Assembly: GCA_000934665.2 (NCBI GenBank)
Contig: KZ538244.1
Coordinates: 124,001-172,220, forward strand
Source: Catajapyx aquilonaris
Lineage: Eukaryota
Length of the DNA: 48,220 bases
Direction of reading: 5' to 3'
This document shows positions 13,450 to 26,118 of this stretch, piece by piece. Under the pieces are notes generated by a model. It made no database searches, was not told the origin of the DNA, and saw nothing but the letters and a program-made list of their open reading frames with translations. A program made the translations under genes and the position numbers. How positions within the stretch are numbered: position 1 is the stretch's first letter; every line of letters begins with the position of its first letter.

Positions 13450-16400
13450 ACCCTTTTTCTATGCATTTGGAGGGGTTAAGGATGTTGTTCACGTTCTCTC
13501 GCCGCCTTCAAGAAAAGGGGAGGGCGACTTGGTGTGACGGGAATTCAGTGTGATTTGAATAGGAGGAAGGGGTTTCGCCATTTGGACTACCAGTGTTTGT
13601 GATTTGCAAATGGAAGCGAATTATGGTTGTAAATTGAGGGCTGGGGTAGAGTGGCCGCCAAGAATGAATGTTATTGTGTCTGCCATGTCGTGCGCCGTTG
13701 TTGTCACCAGCTTTCTTCGGGAAGGTGGAAATGCCAAGACATGAGTCTACTCAGAATGAGTGTGACAATAGAAGACAGTCCGGTGCATCGGATATATGCG
13801 AGACTCTGAGGCTGGTACTGTTCTCGAAGGAAGTTAACAGTTCGACAGGCTGTAGATGACAAATGAAGTAGAGGCTGACAAGTGATAAGAGTGACACATC
13901 AGGTGCTTTATCATGTCGATCTTGTCTCTGTCACGCTTGACGTTTCGGCTCCCAACGGCTATACTACTTGTAATAATAATGATAATAGGGACAGGTCACA
14001 TCAGTTATACACCGGAACTTCTTGTAACATTACGTACATTTTACATTTTTAAAAAACAGACCCGGTCATGCCTGACATGCAGTAAGACCGAACCAAAAGT
14101 GACGTACTGTGTGTAAAAAGCAATTAGTAAGCCCCTTTTTTCATTCCCTTTTCCGCTTCTCTCTATACCCAGCATCACAGTCCTTTGGCTGTGAATTCCT
14201 GACGTGCCTCTTTCCACCCCTTGACAGCGCCGGCTCTGTTGTGATGCGCGTCCGTCCCCATGCTTGAAAGAAGCCATACACTTGCACCAACCACACACAT
14301 GCAAAGGGGGAGGATGCCAGACAGTACAACACAAAAAACTGCGTAACTCCATCACACATGCACACATCAGCTTAGATGTGCAGGAGGCGGGCAAGAAGCT
14401 CGGGCGCTAATGATTTAATTACGAGGCCCCCGCCTTTTTGACTGGAGGACGTGGGCCTCACAATGACCTTTCTTGGGCGACGTCGTTCATCACAAAGCAA
14501 CGGAGCTCATCCCTCCACATCCCTTCGACCAGATTGTATTTCACCCCGGGCGAATTTTTAACACTCGAGGAGAACAGACAGGGGCCATGTGTGCTGCTCC
14601 AGGCCCAGGAACGTGTGCAGGACGAGAGGTTGACACATGGATGAAAGTGTGTATCACTCGCGCACTTCTTCTTCTTCTCGAGATGTATTTTTGGAACGGG
14701 TTCAACTATTTTTAGAATCCAACAAAATTCGACATCAAAATATTAGTAGTTGTGCTACATTTTATTTATTTTTTATTTGTATATCTCGTGATTAGGACAC
14801 CACAAGATGTACAAGCTTACTAATTTTATTATTAAAATTATTTTCGTCTGGCGTAATTTTCTTGAAACACATTCCTACAAATATCATATGTAAGTTTACA
14901 TTTTAAAAAAAACGTCGCTGGCACTATGGCAGTAAACACTTAGGTTTAGCACCAGATTCATCCGGCTTGTATAAAATTAGCAACTTTCAGAGCGAATGTT
15001 GGGAGTGATGCATTGGCCCCGTTTTTTTTTTGTGAAGCATAGCTGTTTTTGAACTTTGTTGGCGCTTGCTTATGCACCGCTGAAAGCAAAACTGTCGCTT
15101 CTTGTCGTTTGCAGCGTTTTCTTCTCAATTTTTTTTAGCTGGCCTGAAGAAGAAGGATGAAGGAAAGTGTGAAGACAAAAGGCGTCGGGATTACCCAGGC
15201 TTGGGCAAAGCATTAAGAGCTGAGTAAATAAACATATGGCTCTCACTTGCAGAGAGACGAATATTTATTTCTCTTAATCACGTGGCTAAAAAGAAAATCC
15301 GGCTGCCGGAAGTGTTTGTTGCATCAAGGTGCAATTGTAACTGTTGCAAGGAAAAACAAGTGCAAGAGTCACAAGTGAAACTGTAATTTTCCGAACGATC
15401 CAATTTGCATAATAACACCTTTGCCTCTGGGAGAACAATGTTATTACATGCTCCCGAATTCGCCAAATGCGACCTGAGTTGAATGCAAGAGGAGCTTTAA
15501 TTCGCTGCGTTTTGCAATCAGGTGTCTCTGCTAAATCCGGTAGCACCAATCAGAGGAAAGATAATTGCAGTGTCGCAATATTCGAGTTACAATGATAAAT
15601 ATTATAATAGGGGCAGAACAGGTAGAAATTCATGCATGAACGGGAAAGACTGGTGATTAGGAGTTCACGCCCTCGAATCCTGTTCTGGAGGTCAAGCACT
15701 GACCGTTTCTGAATGGTCAGAATTGTCGCTTTTTATTTGAACCGAATTAATCTGATTCGTCGCATACTTTTATTTACGCCAAAAATTGCTGTAATTACTA
15801 CCATGAGAACTTGGGTGGGACTGCCACACAATGTTGATTCATTTGGGTTTTCAAAATGAAAGCCACATTTGAGCATGGACAAAGTGCCCACTATGTTCCA
15901 CTTCCCCATGTGGTACAAACGGTCGTTAGTATGCCCAGGGCAAGGTCAAATGGAGGGTGAAACCACATTTTTGTATGACACCATGTGATGCATAGCAGAG
16001 GACCGGTACCGCAGAAGACACGGATGTGTGGAGGTCACCCCGGAAGCTCTCCAGAGGACATAGCGGAAGACACATGCAGCGGAAGACATCTTCTGCCAAC
16101 CAGATGTGTCGTCATCTAAATGCATAAAGATGGGTCTGGACCAGTCTGTGTCAAAACAGGGCCACTATTTTCCGGTCCTGACTGTTTCACGCCGAAAAAC
16201 AACGAATAAATCAAGTCGTATGGGACAAAATGGATCTGCTGATATTTCAAATGGCATGAGAATATGCTGGGTTGATTCTCTCGAATCCTAGATAGAATCA
16301 ATGACCCCGAAATTTTTGCCGGACCACTTGAGAATACTGTGACGTAAGCACCATAAATGTCATGGCGCAAAAGTTTATTTGGGACATTTTTTCCCCCCTC

Positions 16401-16909
16401 TCTTTTCTTTTGGGAGGGAAATCCGGTGCGTTTCCTCTCACAACTACACCAAGTCAAGGATCTGGAATAAACAGCGTTTCCGAAGGAATCGATTCCTTTA
16501 TATCTGCCTTTTCCCTCCCCTCCCTCTACCTCAATCCACCCCCCCTTTTCTTTTCCTCGATTCAACAACTTCTCTCTGCGGAATATATACCACAGCTCCT
16601 CCTCTTCCATTTGAGGGAACCCTCGCCCCGACTCCAATCAACACTTGGCTTGGGGAGAAAAGGGGGTGGAGGGGGAAAGTCTATTGCCGTCTATTTGCAC
16701 GATTTTAAAATGTTCTCCCCCTATGGATTGAGGCGAATACTTTAAAAAAAGAGGGAAAAGTTGAAGGGCAAAATTATTTTCACTCTCTCAGGACTGGTGT
16801 CGGAAATTGGAAGGTTTTGTCGCCTTATTTGGCCTGCGAATTGTGCTGTTAGGTTCTGGAATATTGAAGAAAATAAATTATACAACTGTTTGTACCACTC
16901 TCAGCTAGT

Positions 16910-16924
16910 GGCGCCATCTAGCGG
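16910..16924 (-). promoter_or_regulatory. CTCF-like binding motif
   Basis: Minus strand reads TGG-CCGCTAGATGGCGCC-ACT, a full match to the CTCF core CCRCYAGRTGGCGCY; binding not shown. Confidence 0.6.
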
Positions 16925-19900
16925 CCAACGAATCCTGTCCACAACAATTCTTTCATTTTGCAAATTAAATTCTAACATTTGAAGCACGTTCCCTGCATCA
17001 TCCTCCGTTCTCTTCCTTCCGTCCACCCTCAAGAAATGAAATATTTGACCTTTGATTTCCTCCCTGGTGGGCATTGCCCCCCTCCCCCTTTTCCCAACTG
17101 GCCCTTGTCCCCTGAATTGATGTCCAGCCAAAGGGACCCCCAAAAGCGGAGATATATTTAGCTCACGCGCACTGCTCTCCTCAAAGGAAATTACCCAGTG
17201 TGACAAGGGGAAAATTAGATATTTCATCTTGACATGCCATTCCTGAGGGTTGAGAGAGGGGATGGCGGGGGCGGGAAGAAGAGGGAGGGAGGGGGGTGCT
17301 TTTGGATTTGTGCTGTGGAGCCCCTCCCTAATGAAAGAAGAACGTGCCAAGAAAGACTGGAAGCCCACCGAAAAGCCATGCTCATCTGCATCCAGCTCTC
17401 TCCTTCCTTTTGTGGCCCCAATTTTAGTGCTGCTCACGAAGTGTCCCATGACGCCCCACAACGTATGGTAATAGTTGGCCAGATAAGGAAGGAGGTATAT
17501 TCCACAAGCTGGGAGGGGTCCGGCTCCTCCGAAATTTATAACAGGGGGGCCAATTTTGCTGGCTTGGGAAGGTAGAAGAACAGACTCAAGTGTTGGGACC
17601 ATGCTGGAGCTAACGAGGGGACAAATATTTTGATTGGTCTACTGCCTATGGGAAATTATTGGTGTTGATATGTGTAATATAGGCCCACAGTAATATTCCA
17701 ACCGCTGTTATGAGAAAGTGTCCAAAAATTATTTTGTCAACAGCAACATATAACGGTTATAATTTTTTGTAAGTTAATTTAAAAGCAATTTTCACAATAT
17801 TTACACTGCTACTACTACTTTGGCCCAACGTCTGCTGGTCCAAATTTTCTAATTAAATTAGATAGAAAATTTCTGACTGAAACATTTTGTGGTTGGACTC
17901 TAGCTGTCCTTGTATTTGCATGTCCAACCCTGATTGGTGGATCCAAAGATTCCAAACCATAAGTCATAAGGACATGATACAAAAGGCCGTGTGAACCCAA
18001 CTGTTTCAGTGCAAGGCGGTTTCTATAATGGAAAAGGCTATGTTCAGAGATCGTGCTTATTGCAACGTAGTCTAATAATACGTCAGATTTGACTGTCATA
18101 TTATTAGTGTTGGCATTACCGTAACATAATATCTCGGGGATGGGATTATGTTCTTTTTTTTCTCTCTCCCCGCTGGTTGTTTGCTGGTTGGTTATTGATG
18201 GGATGAATAGGCTTGTGCCCACGCACCTATTATAAAGTATGCGGGGATTTGATTGACAGACCACTTGTGGGTTGTCCGGTACCGTTGGAGAATCATCAGC
18301 TGGAAGCTACCACGATCTCATTTGCTCCAAATGGAGTACATTAATTGAAAACAGTTTTGCTGCTTCGTTAGAGTTTTAAAAAAAAACTAGGGGAATGTGG
18401 GATGAAATGTACACATAAAAATTATTTGAACAACGCTCCGGAACGATAACGAGAGTACTCTGTTACTGCGTTAGGCGCAGGACTAGTATTTGCACTTGGA
18501 GTAATATATTTTCAAAACTTCCTCTGCCGATTAGGGGCCCCGCGTTGCAGCAGCGTGCGAATTCTGATCACGCTATTACACTCACGATTCTGATTGAAAA
18601 ACGCTAATTACTTGGATTGACGGTGGTAATTGTCTGCTGGCACACGTTGTAATATTTTACAAACCATTGGTTGTTACTCTGGAAAGCTGCAGAAATATCT
18701 GTAGAAATACTAATAATGGAAGTGGTGGAAATGTTATTTATTCATTTATTTATTTAATCGCCGCCTTTTCAATAACGAGAGAAACGGTAGGCTTACTTAG
18801 TTGAAGGTGCAATTAGAATGGCTTGTGTAGTGGATCAACATGCCTGCACTATCTTAACAATATGGGCGTTTGAGTGTGCCAGTAGCAAAAACCAGGCACC
18901 TTTTACCATAAAACAGCCTCTTTTCCATCCACCCTACGCGTTACTTAGTCCCACTAATCTCTCTGCAATCCCGGAAATTCATGCTAATGCAAGGAATCCA
19001 CCTCGCCCTTATCTAAACGACTCCATCGTGAAAATCCTGGAAATTGACTGCAAGTTTCCAGTGCGCAACACACCCATCCTGGGGTCGTAACCACGGAGGA
19101 ACTCCATCACCCCCATCGAGTATAAATGCTTGTTTGTCAGCTGGTGGGCTCCACTCCTCCTCATCCACAGAAGGAAAAAGACCAAGAGCAGGAAAGAGGA
19201 ACATGACGCCATGGGAAGAAGAATCCGGTTCTGGAGCAAACAAATGGCCCAGGGCACCCACCCTCACTGCTGGCATATGACCGCGTGGCTTATTAGAAGC
19301 CTCATTACAGGACCTGTGGTGCACCTGAGCTCAAAGATACACGTGAAATTTCTGAGAAAATATAATTGAGTTGCGTCCTGCACATATCAGCCTTATAACA
19401 GCACAGGGAATTATCATATTACTAGTTTTTTTAAAAAATTATACAGTAGAGAAACCCTCGCTTTACTCCCTGGGTGCGGGGGTGGGGAGGGAGCGATGTA
19501 GACCCTCCGGATGAGAGCGAACGAATGTATGGTTCCTCTTCTCATCCACCAGAGGCGCTGACCTATTGCGCCTGCCAGTCAGAAGCGTAGCGGTAACAAT
19601 GTACGGCGAACCAATCAGAAGGCATAACCATACAACATGAATATGATTTTAATATTATTAATTTTTATAATAATGAACTATAAACTAAAAGCATAGATAA
19701 AAGGCTAATAACAGAATTAATAACGTATACTTACAAATTAATTATAGAGATTCACAAAGGAACATGAAACATTCATTTCTTTACACTTCATTTTTTTGAT
19801 ATACAGGTACTGTACTATTTAAATGCCATAGCTGGGTACATTTGCATGAATATCTTATGTCTAATGCACTTGTGACTAGTGAGACTAGTGCAAGATCATG

Positions 19901-20110
19901 AGAGTTTTCAATTTATATCCAGCCAGACCACGTACCGAAAAATCTGGTCACCACTGAGGCCATGCTGTAAAAACAAAGGGCAAGGTGAAGAATGTGGACC
20001 TTCATCTTTACCATCCCCCATCCACCCTCCTCTTTCCAACTATCTGCCCCCACCCATATAAAAGGATCCAGTTTTCTAGGCCATATTTCTTTCCTTGCGT
20101 TTTAATGCAG

Positions 20111-20195
20111 GGTCTGGAAAAAGGGCCGAGCGAATCCATTTCTCCATCAATTATTGCCAGTTAATAATAATCCGGTGGGTTTTCTTCCCTGGATG
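20111..20195 (+). other. Candidate 85-nt exon
   Basis: Acceptor tttctttccttgcgttttaatgcag|G and donor ATG|GTGAGT; one open frame ends in GFLPWM; no homology recognised. Confidence 0.2.
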
Positions 20196-22218
20196 GTGAG
20201 TGTGGGACAGGTGTCGGAGGAAAAGCTCGATAAAACTTTGAGGTTAGAGATGAAGCGATTCGGATGCAATTGGCACTTGTTAGGACGGATGCTTTTTGTT
20301 CTTGTTTCTTTTGCCGGCTCTCAAAGGATACATTCCAGGTTTGATGGGCTGATCCGTGTGTCTGAGTATTTTTGGGAGGCACAACCTGTGCCAAACTCGA
20401 GTCATTTTTTGTTGACATCAAAGGAGCAATGTTGGTCGCTGTAACTGGCGCGTGTAATAACAATCAGTGTCACGTTTAAAGAGTTGGCGCAATATTCCCA
20501 AGCAAAAGATTTGCGACGAAGGAAAGTGTATTACCTGAGCAAATAACACGATTAAAAATTTAATTTTAGCTAAATTAATATCTCAACACATAAAAAATGT
20601 AATGCGGGCAACATTTCCTGTACATTGCGAGTACAGGTGCGTAAAGAATGTGACGCAATTATGCCCCATATTTTTTTTTAAAAATAGGAGATATCAATGA
20701 ATGCAAAATTTAATTTCTGGAACATATTTGCCCAACTTTACATCCTGGAAGTGAATTACTACAATCAATATAACACACCTTTTAAAAAATTCACTTGTGA
20801 CGTTTTACTTATAGGTTCGCCACAAATTATGTAGAGCTTAAACCGTGTGCTTTCTGGTAAATATTATATTAGATGATGTGCCAACAGCACTAACCCAATC
20901 CCTTCTACGAACCTAGTTTGTAGATAGAAATAATGTATACACTAACTCTAGCATATTTTGACTAAGCCCTTAATTTGGCTGCACATACGCATGACTCATT
21001 TTGTTAGAGGGAGCTTACATATATTACAGTAGTGTGACAAGCTTTGGCCACGGACTGAAACACCAACATTCCTCTGACAGGCTGGGGTTGGTCGAATCGA
21101 AAATAACAGCCCAGTTTTTACCCTCCTTCTTGTCTGGTAAGCCGGTTGTGCGTACAAGTGCGTGGGCAAAAAAACACACTTTTAATCCGGTAGGAATAAA
21201 CCATCCCTTTATTAACATCCTCTAATCCGGACTATTAACGTAATCGGGAACCAGATCATACTGCTTTCTTTCCATGAGAAATGTCCGGGTGGCCCACACG
21301 AGGCACGAAGAAGAAGTAGAAAAAAATATAGGTAGTGGTGGAGGCTAGGAATTTAAAAATAAAATAGTTGGAGTCCCGACTCATTCTACACGCACTAAAC
21401 ATGCCATTAATTTATGTGGTTTTAAAGGCGGTGTTCATTTCTGGGCGGAGGATCCGGAAATTGTATGTGGTGCTGCTGCCGCCTCCAAGCTCTAAAGATC
21501 TGTCAGCCTCGAAATATGGGGAATGCGACAGTCGAATGCTAAGAGCAAGACGAAGAAAATGCAAATGCTGGTTGGCCCCCTCTTCCTTTTTCAGAAAACG
21601 TTTCGGAGATGTACCAATCCTATAGGCCCACACATATAAAAACCAGTTTTTTTCAGGCCATTTTAAATCTGGAGTTTTGCCATCATATGCCAATTAGAGA
21701 ATGAGCTTACTCATAAGCGATTCAGAATCATAAAGAAGCTTAACTACTTAAGCAGTAAACATATGGTAAATTGTTGTCTAAATTATGGCACTATTGCTTT
21801 TAAAAGATCAGATAATTTTGGGGTGAAAAATAGCACTATTTGAGTCTAATGTTTTTTCTGGTTTGTTACTTTTGAAGTGTTTTTTATGTTCATTTTTACT
21901 GCCATTGCATTTCTAATGTTGTTGTGTATGACCTAAATGTTTCGATTTACTTAATTAATTCTTTAAGTGACATTTCGTCCACTTGCTTATGAAATTGAAA
22001 ATTACCCAAATTATTGATGCATCAAAGCACATTTAATAAATTCTTAACTGAAAGGAAACCGGTTCAGCTGCATCAGGAGTGAAAATCACTCTAAATAATG
22101 TCCAATTTAACCAACATTGCCATCACACCCCAACCAGTAATTTAACAAAATGGTGACAATTTCTTGTCCTTTCTGCACACTTTTGTCACACACAAATTTT
22201 GTTGCCTCACTAGTAGTA

Positions 22219-22489
22219 CACTCTTAACCATTTACCTTCTCTAGAGAGAAAGTGGCCATTTTTTCCCTTACATTGTAGGGTAAATATTCTTGGGTAAATT
22301 GATTCTAATGTAAATTTTGCATGTATTACCTTAGAAAATAGAGGGTAAAAAAGAGGGCCCTTTTTACCCTCTATTTTCTAAGGTAATACATGCAAAATTT
22401 ACCTTAGAATCAATTTACCCAAGAATATTTACCCTACAAAAAATGGCCACTTTCTTACCCTCTCTAGAGAAGGTAAATGGTTAAGAGTG
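22219..22489. mobile_element. Fold-back MITE (271 bp, near-perfect palindrome) flanked by TA
   Basis: Starts CACTCTTAACCATTTACCTTCTCTAGAGAG and ends with its exact reverse complement; arms match to the central GGGCCC apart from three small indels and one substitution; TA at 22217-22218 and 22490-22491. Confidence 0.85.
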
Positions 22490-23889
22490 TATGCTGTAAC
22501 GATCCGGATTTTGCTTACGATTTTTATGAATAAAATCATGGCAGCTTCACACTGTCACATGCTAGCTTCATAATAAAACATGATATTACCCAAATTTTAG
22601 TAACCAATTTGCCAGCCGCCTTGACTCCCAATTGGCTCCATTAATATCCGGCCATGCTTCCGCTTTTCCCAACCATTCCTGTCCTTTTCCAACACCCCAG
22701 CCCTACATCAATGCCTTACCACATTGCTTCCGAACATGATTAAAATGCCTAATGTCACCTCTCATATTACACCCATTTGTCTATTCCTCCCTGTCTACTT
22801 CTCTCTCTCTTTTTTTTATTACAGAGGCGACCGTGTTTCAAAATATTTACCCAGCAGCTCTTGGGAGGTTGCTGAGCAGCTCTGAAGATCTGCTCTCGAG
22901 GACTTTTTCTTCTGCATGGTGATGCTGGTGAGGGGAAAACCAGTGACATGAAGTGCGGGTCTGAGCTGATTTAGAGCGCCCTTTTCCCGGTGAGTTATAC
23001 CCGTTTGCATGTTCTTCAGATCTTGCGGTTTTGCCGTTGCGGGGGTACTTGCCCAGACACTATGCTTGGTCAACTAGGGGCTGAAGAATGGTATTTAGCT
23101 GACACTGAACAGTTCTGGAATTCCGGCCATATTTATGGCGCTTAAAACTGTAGCTGCAGACGTATATAAACTTTCCAAAAAAAAAGTGTATGGTATCTCG
23201 TAAATTAGGAAGGAGACACAGGCTGTGCCATACATTCAGACTACTCTTCGACAGCTCACGAACTACTTTTTTTTTCAGCAGAACTTATCACGCTTGCTTC
23301 GGACGTTGATCTGGTTCTCCCCCTTTTAAATTTAGCTTAAGCTTTGTCCAAACAGGCATCGCAATTTCGTTGGAGCCGCCGTAATTCCGCGCCCTGCCGC
23401 ACCTAGACTTAAAAACCAATCCCCTGATATTAAAAACTCGCATTCGAAACCAGGGCTTCGCGATGCAGGCTCTATGAATGCCTAGTTTTTGCCCTCATTC
23501 AAAAAAAAAGAGGAAGGAAGTCGCCCATGTTTTTTGAGCCGCATATTTTTTGCCATTATCTATTTTAAAAAACTCGGAAGTAATATCTTACGGTAGTAAT
23601 TATATTTTTTGAGGGAGGACTTAATACTGTGTGCGGTGGAGCAGACCTTGATTAATTCGGAGGGCACGAAAATCGGCAAGTTTATCTGAGGGATTAATCA
23701 GATGGAGAGGGCAGTCACTCCCGCCCCATTCGGAGACACTGGTTGGAAAGCAGGGCCGTATAAAGGTCCTGTTTTGCTTTAGTGCTGGAAATCAATCGAG
23801 CAGACTTGCACACAGTGTCACCTAACTAATTCTAGCAATTAAAACTGGACCTGATTTATTACATCCTCATCTGACGTAATTGCCCTGCA

Positions 23890-24130
23890 TATCATTTTAG
23901 AATCAGTTATTTTATGTGTCACATTTTATTTTTATGACTAAGTAAGTGTATTAAGTATATTTGATTGATTTTATATGTATTACAAATTTTTATATTTTAC
24001 AGATTTTGTGTATATTTTGCATTTTACATATTTTGTATATTTTGCCTAATTTATATTGTAGCCTACATATTTTTGTATGTTAATTTTGCATATTTCAATT
24101 TTGAAAATTTTGTATTTTACATGATTCGCG
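23890..24130. repeat. AT-rich, T-skewed low-complexity tract
   Basis: Recurrent tatattttg/atattttac-like words, very few G or C. Confidence 0.6.
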
Positions 24131-24899
24131 AAATCAAACAAAAAATGTCAAATTATGAGTGTCCAAGGTGCATCGAGAGTGACAATTTTTATTTCGAGGG
24201 GTGTCCCATTATGTATGGATCCTGAGGATGCTTCAAAAACGGGTCTCCTTTGGCTAGAGAAGGTCACAAATCTCGGCCTTAACTTTTTTTCTCTCCTGCC
24301 ATGGTATAAGAACCGGTTCTCTGAGAGTCCGTCACAGAAAAGTGGCAAATTCTTAGCGTGCTCGGGACTGTAGTTACGGGCTCCGATGCTTATCCGGGGC
24401 TACTTGAAATGCCTACAGATCCGGGGCCTAAAACATGGGACGCGCATTCTTTCATGGGACCCTGGGACCCACCAGGAGATGATGGTCGCAGGCAATCTCT
24501 TACTTGGCCTCCAGTTTTCTGGGAGCAATATTATACTCGGGCAGGCCATGGTGACAGCGAAGTGGACGTATACCGCGGTCCTGGGGACAGACCTGCACCG
24601 TTTAGGAATAACTCGACTAACTTTATGGGACAGCCAGGGCACGTGCTCGTGCTTATTCTGCACCAGGTGTGTGCTTCGAGCATATGAACTTTAATAATTT
24701 TGATGCACTAAATCATGCTAATTGTATTCGGCATTGATCCTGTGTACATTATCAGGTATGAGGTCAGTGTCCTCTTTGCACCATTTGGTCTCAGTATTAC
24801 GTTATACATGCGTGTAATCCCATTCGTCAAGTCTGGCTAAAGCAGCGAAATTCTGAAAACAATTTAAAATTAATAATGATTAATGATTTGCTATAATTA

Positions 24900-25112
24900 C
24901 AGGGTGTTCCAAGTCATATGTCGCTTTTTATAACTGATATCGTCCGATAGTAGTTATTTTTTGTAGCTTGTTGCACTGTTGTTGCATTACTCCCAGGGGG
25001 TCGAATATAGCAGTTGTTATAGAATGGAGCATCTGGCACAATATACAAAAAAATAACTCCTGCAGGGCGATATCAGTTATAAAAAAACTACCCACAAATT
25101 TGGAACACCCCA
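24900..25112. mobile_element. Degenerate Tc1/mariner-type MITE (about 213 bp)
   Basis: TA|CAGGGTGTTCCAA left end; GGGTGTTCCAA (24902-24912) pairs with TTGGAACACCC (25100-25110); perfect 18-bp inverted repeat TTTTTATAACTGATATCG (24925-24942 and 25068-25085); imperfect pairing over about 75 bp; right terminus and TA are decayed. Confidence 0.7.
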
Positions 25113-25956
25113 CGCGGAATACGTTTGATAATATTGCTTAAAATTTCCTCCTAATTCAATTTTTTGCTTGGATGTAGTAAGTCGCTCTCATCCAATCAAA
25201 CCAACCCTTCTGCAAAATGACAGCATACCAGCACGTTGAAAAGCCCTGCATACGACCTAAGCTGGTTAACATCACTCGTCATTGACGTCGCCCTGGTAAT
25301 CCCGTCTCGAAGATTTCCGGGTGCACTCGCTGTACCTGTACTTGTAGGAAGGGGCTGGCAAGGCCGGGTGCACAAAGGGAATGTCAAAACAGGCCTTAGT
25401 CCCCGGACAGACAAGGCGTGCAACAACCTCTTTTTTTCACTACTTTTTTTTTAAAGTTGAAACTATCCGAGTCCGTCCGAGCAGCAGCCGAACTAATAAC
25501 TCAGTCCGTCCCTAGCAAAAAGAGAAATCCTTTGGCCGGGATCTTATGCAAATCGCCAGGTCCCCACAATGGGAGATTTAGGGATCCCCGCAGCGAGAAG
25601 AGGCGACCTGGCGTAATTTATCGGAACGCGCCCCCAACCCTACCGACCAAAATCCAGGTTCCTTTTTGGACCCCCCCTTTTTGAAAATGCGCAGGGGTGT
25701 TCCGAAATGAAGCATGTTGGGGCCTATGCCTGACACTGCTTTATGAATGTAGCCCCGGAGATTTACAAGACGCGGGGACTATCGCAAACAAAAGGGCTGC
25801 GTGATGTTAGCCTGCCTGGCCCGCCTAGATTTGCCTTGTAGACATCATTTCAAACCATATGCTTAACTCGAGCTTATACGGTACACATCACTGGTATCAC
25901 CCTGGAATTATAAATGGGACTAGAGGAATATGGACAGTGGCACAATCCTGGAAGGG

Positions 25957-26118
25957 GTGCTCCGGTCAGTGTGGCACAGTCCTGTGCTCTGGACAGTGTG
26001 GCACAGTCCTGTGCTCTGGACAGTGTGGCACAGTCATGTGCTCCGGACAGTGTGGCACAGTCATGTGCTCTGGACAGTGTGGCACAGTCATGTGCTCTGG
26101 ACAGTGTGGCACAATCCT
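25957..26118. repeat. 27-bp minisatellite, 6 copies
   Basis: Unit GTGCTC(T/C)GGACAGTGTGGCACAGTC(C/A)T starting at 25957, 25984, 26011, 26038, 26065 and 26092. Confidence 0.95.

Noticed and set aside
16901..17602. Longest ORF (233 aa, minus strand)
   Set aside because: Spans purine/pyrimidine-skewed low-complexity DNA, overlaps opposite-strand ORFs and shows no family similarity
19546..19560. CCACCAGAGGCGCTG as a CTCF site
   Set aside because: Fits the consensus only with a 1-bp deletion in the core
23441..23480. B-box-like ATTCGAAACC suggesting a tRNA-derived SINE (similar words at 31134 and 44916)
   Set aside because: No matching A box, cloverleaf or tail
25957..26118. CRISPR-like regular repeats
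   Set aside because: Units are head-to-tail with no unique spacers, there are no cas genes, and the context is eukaryotic
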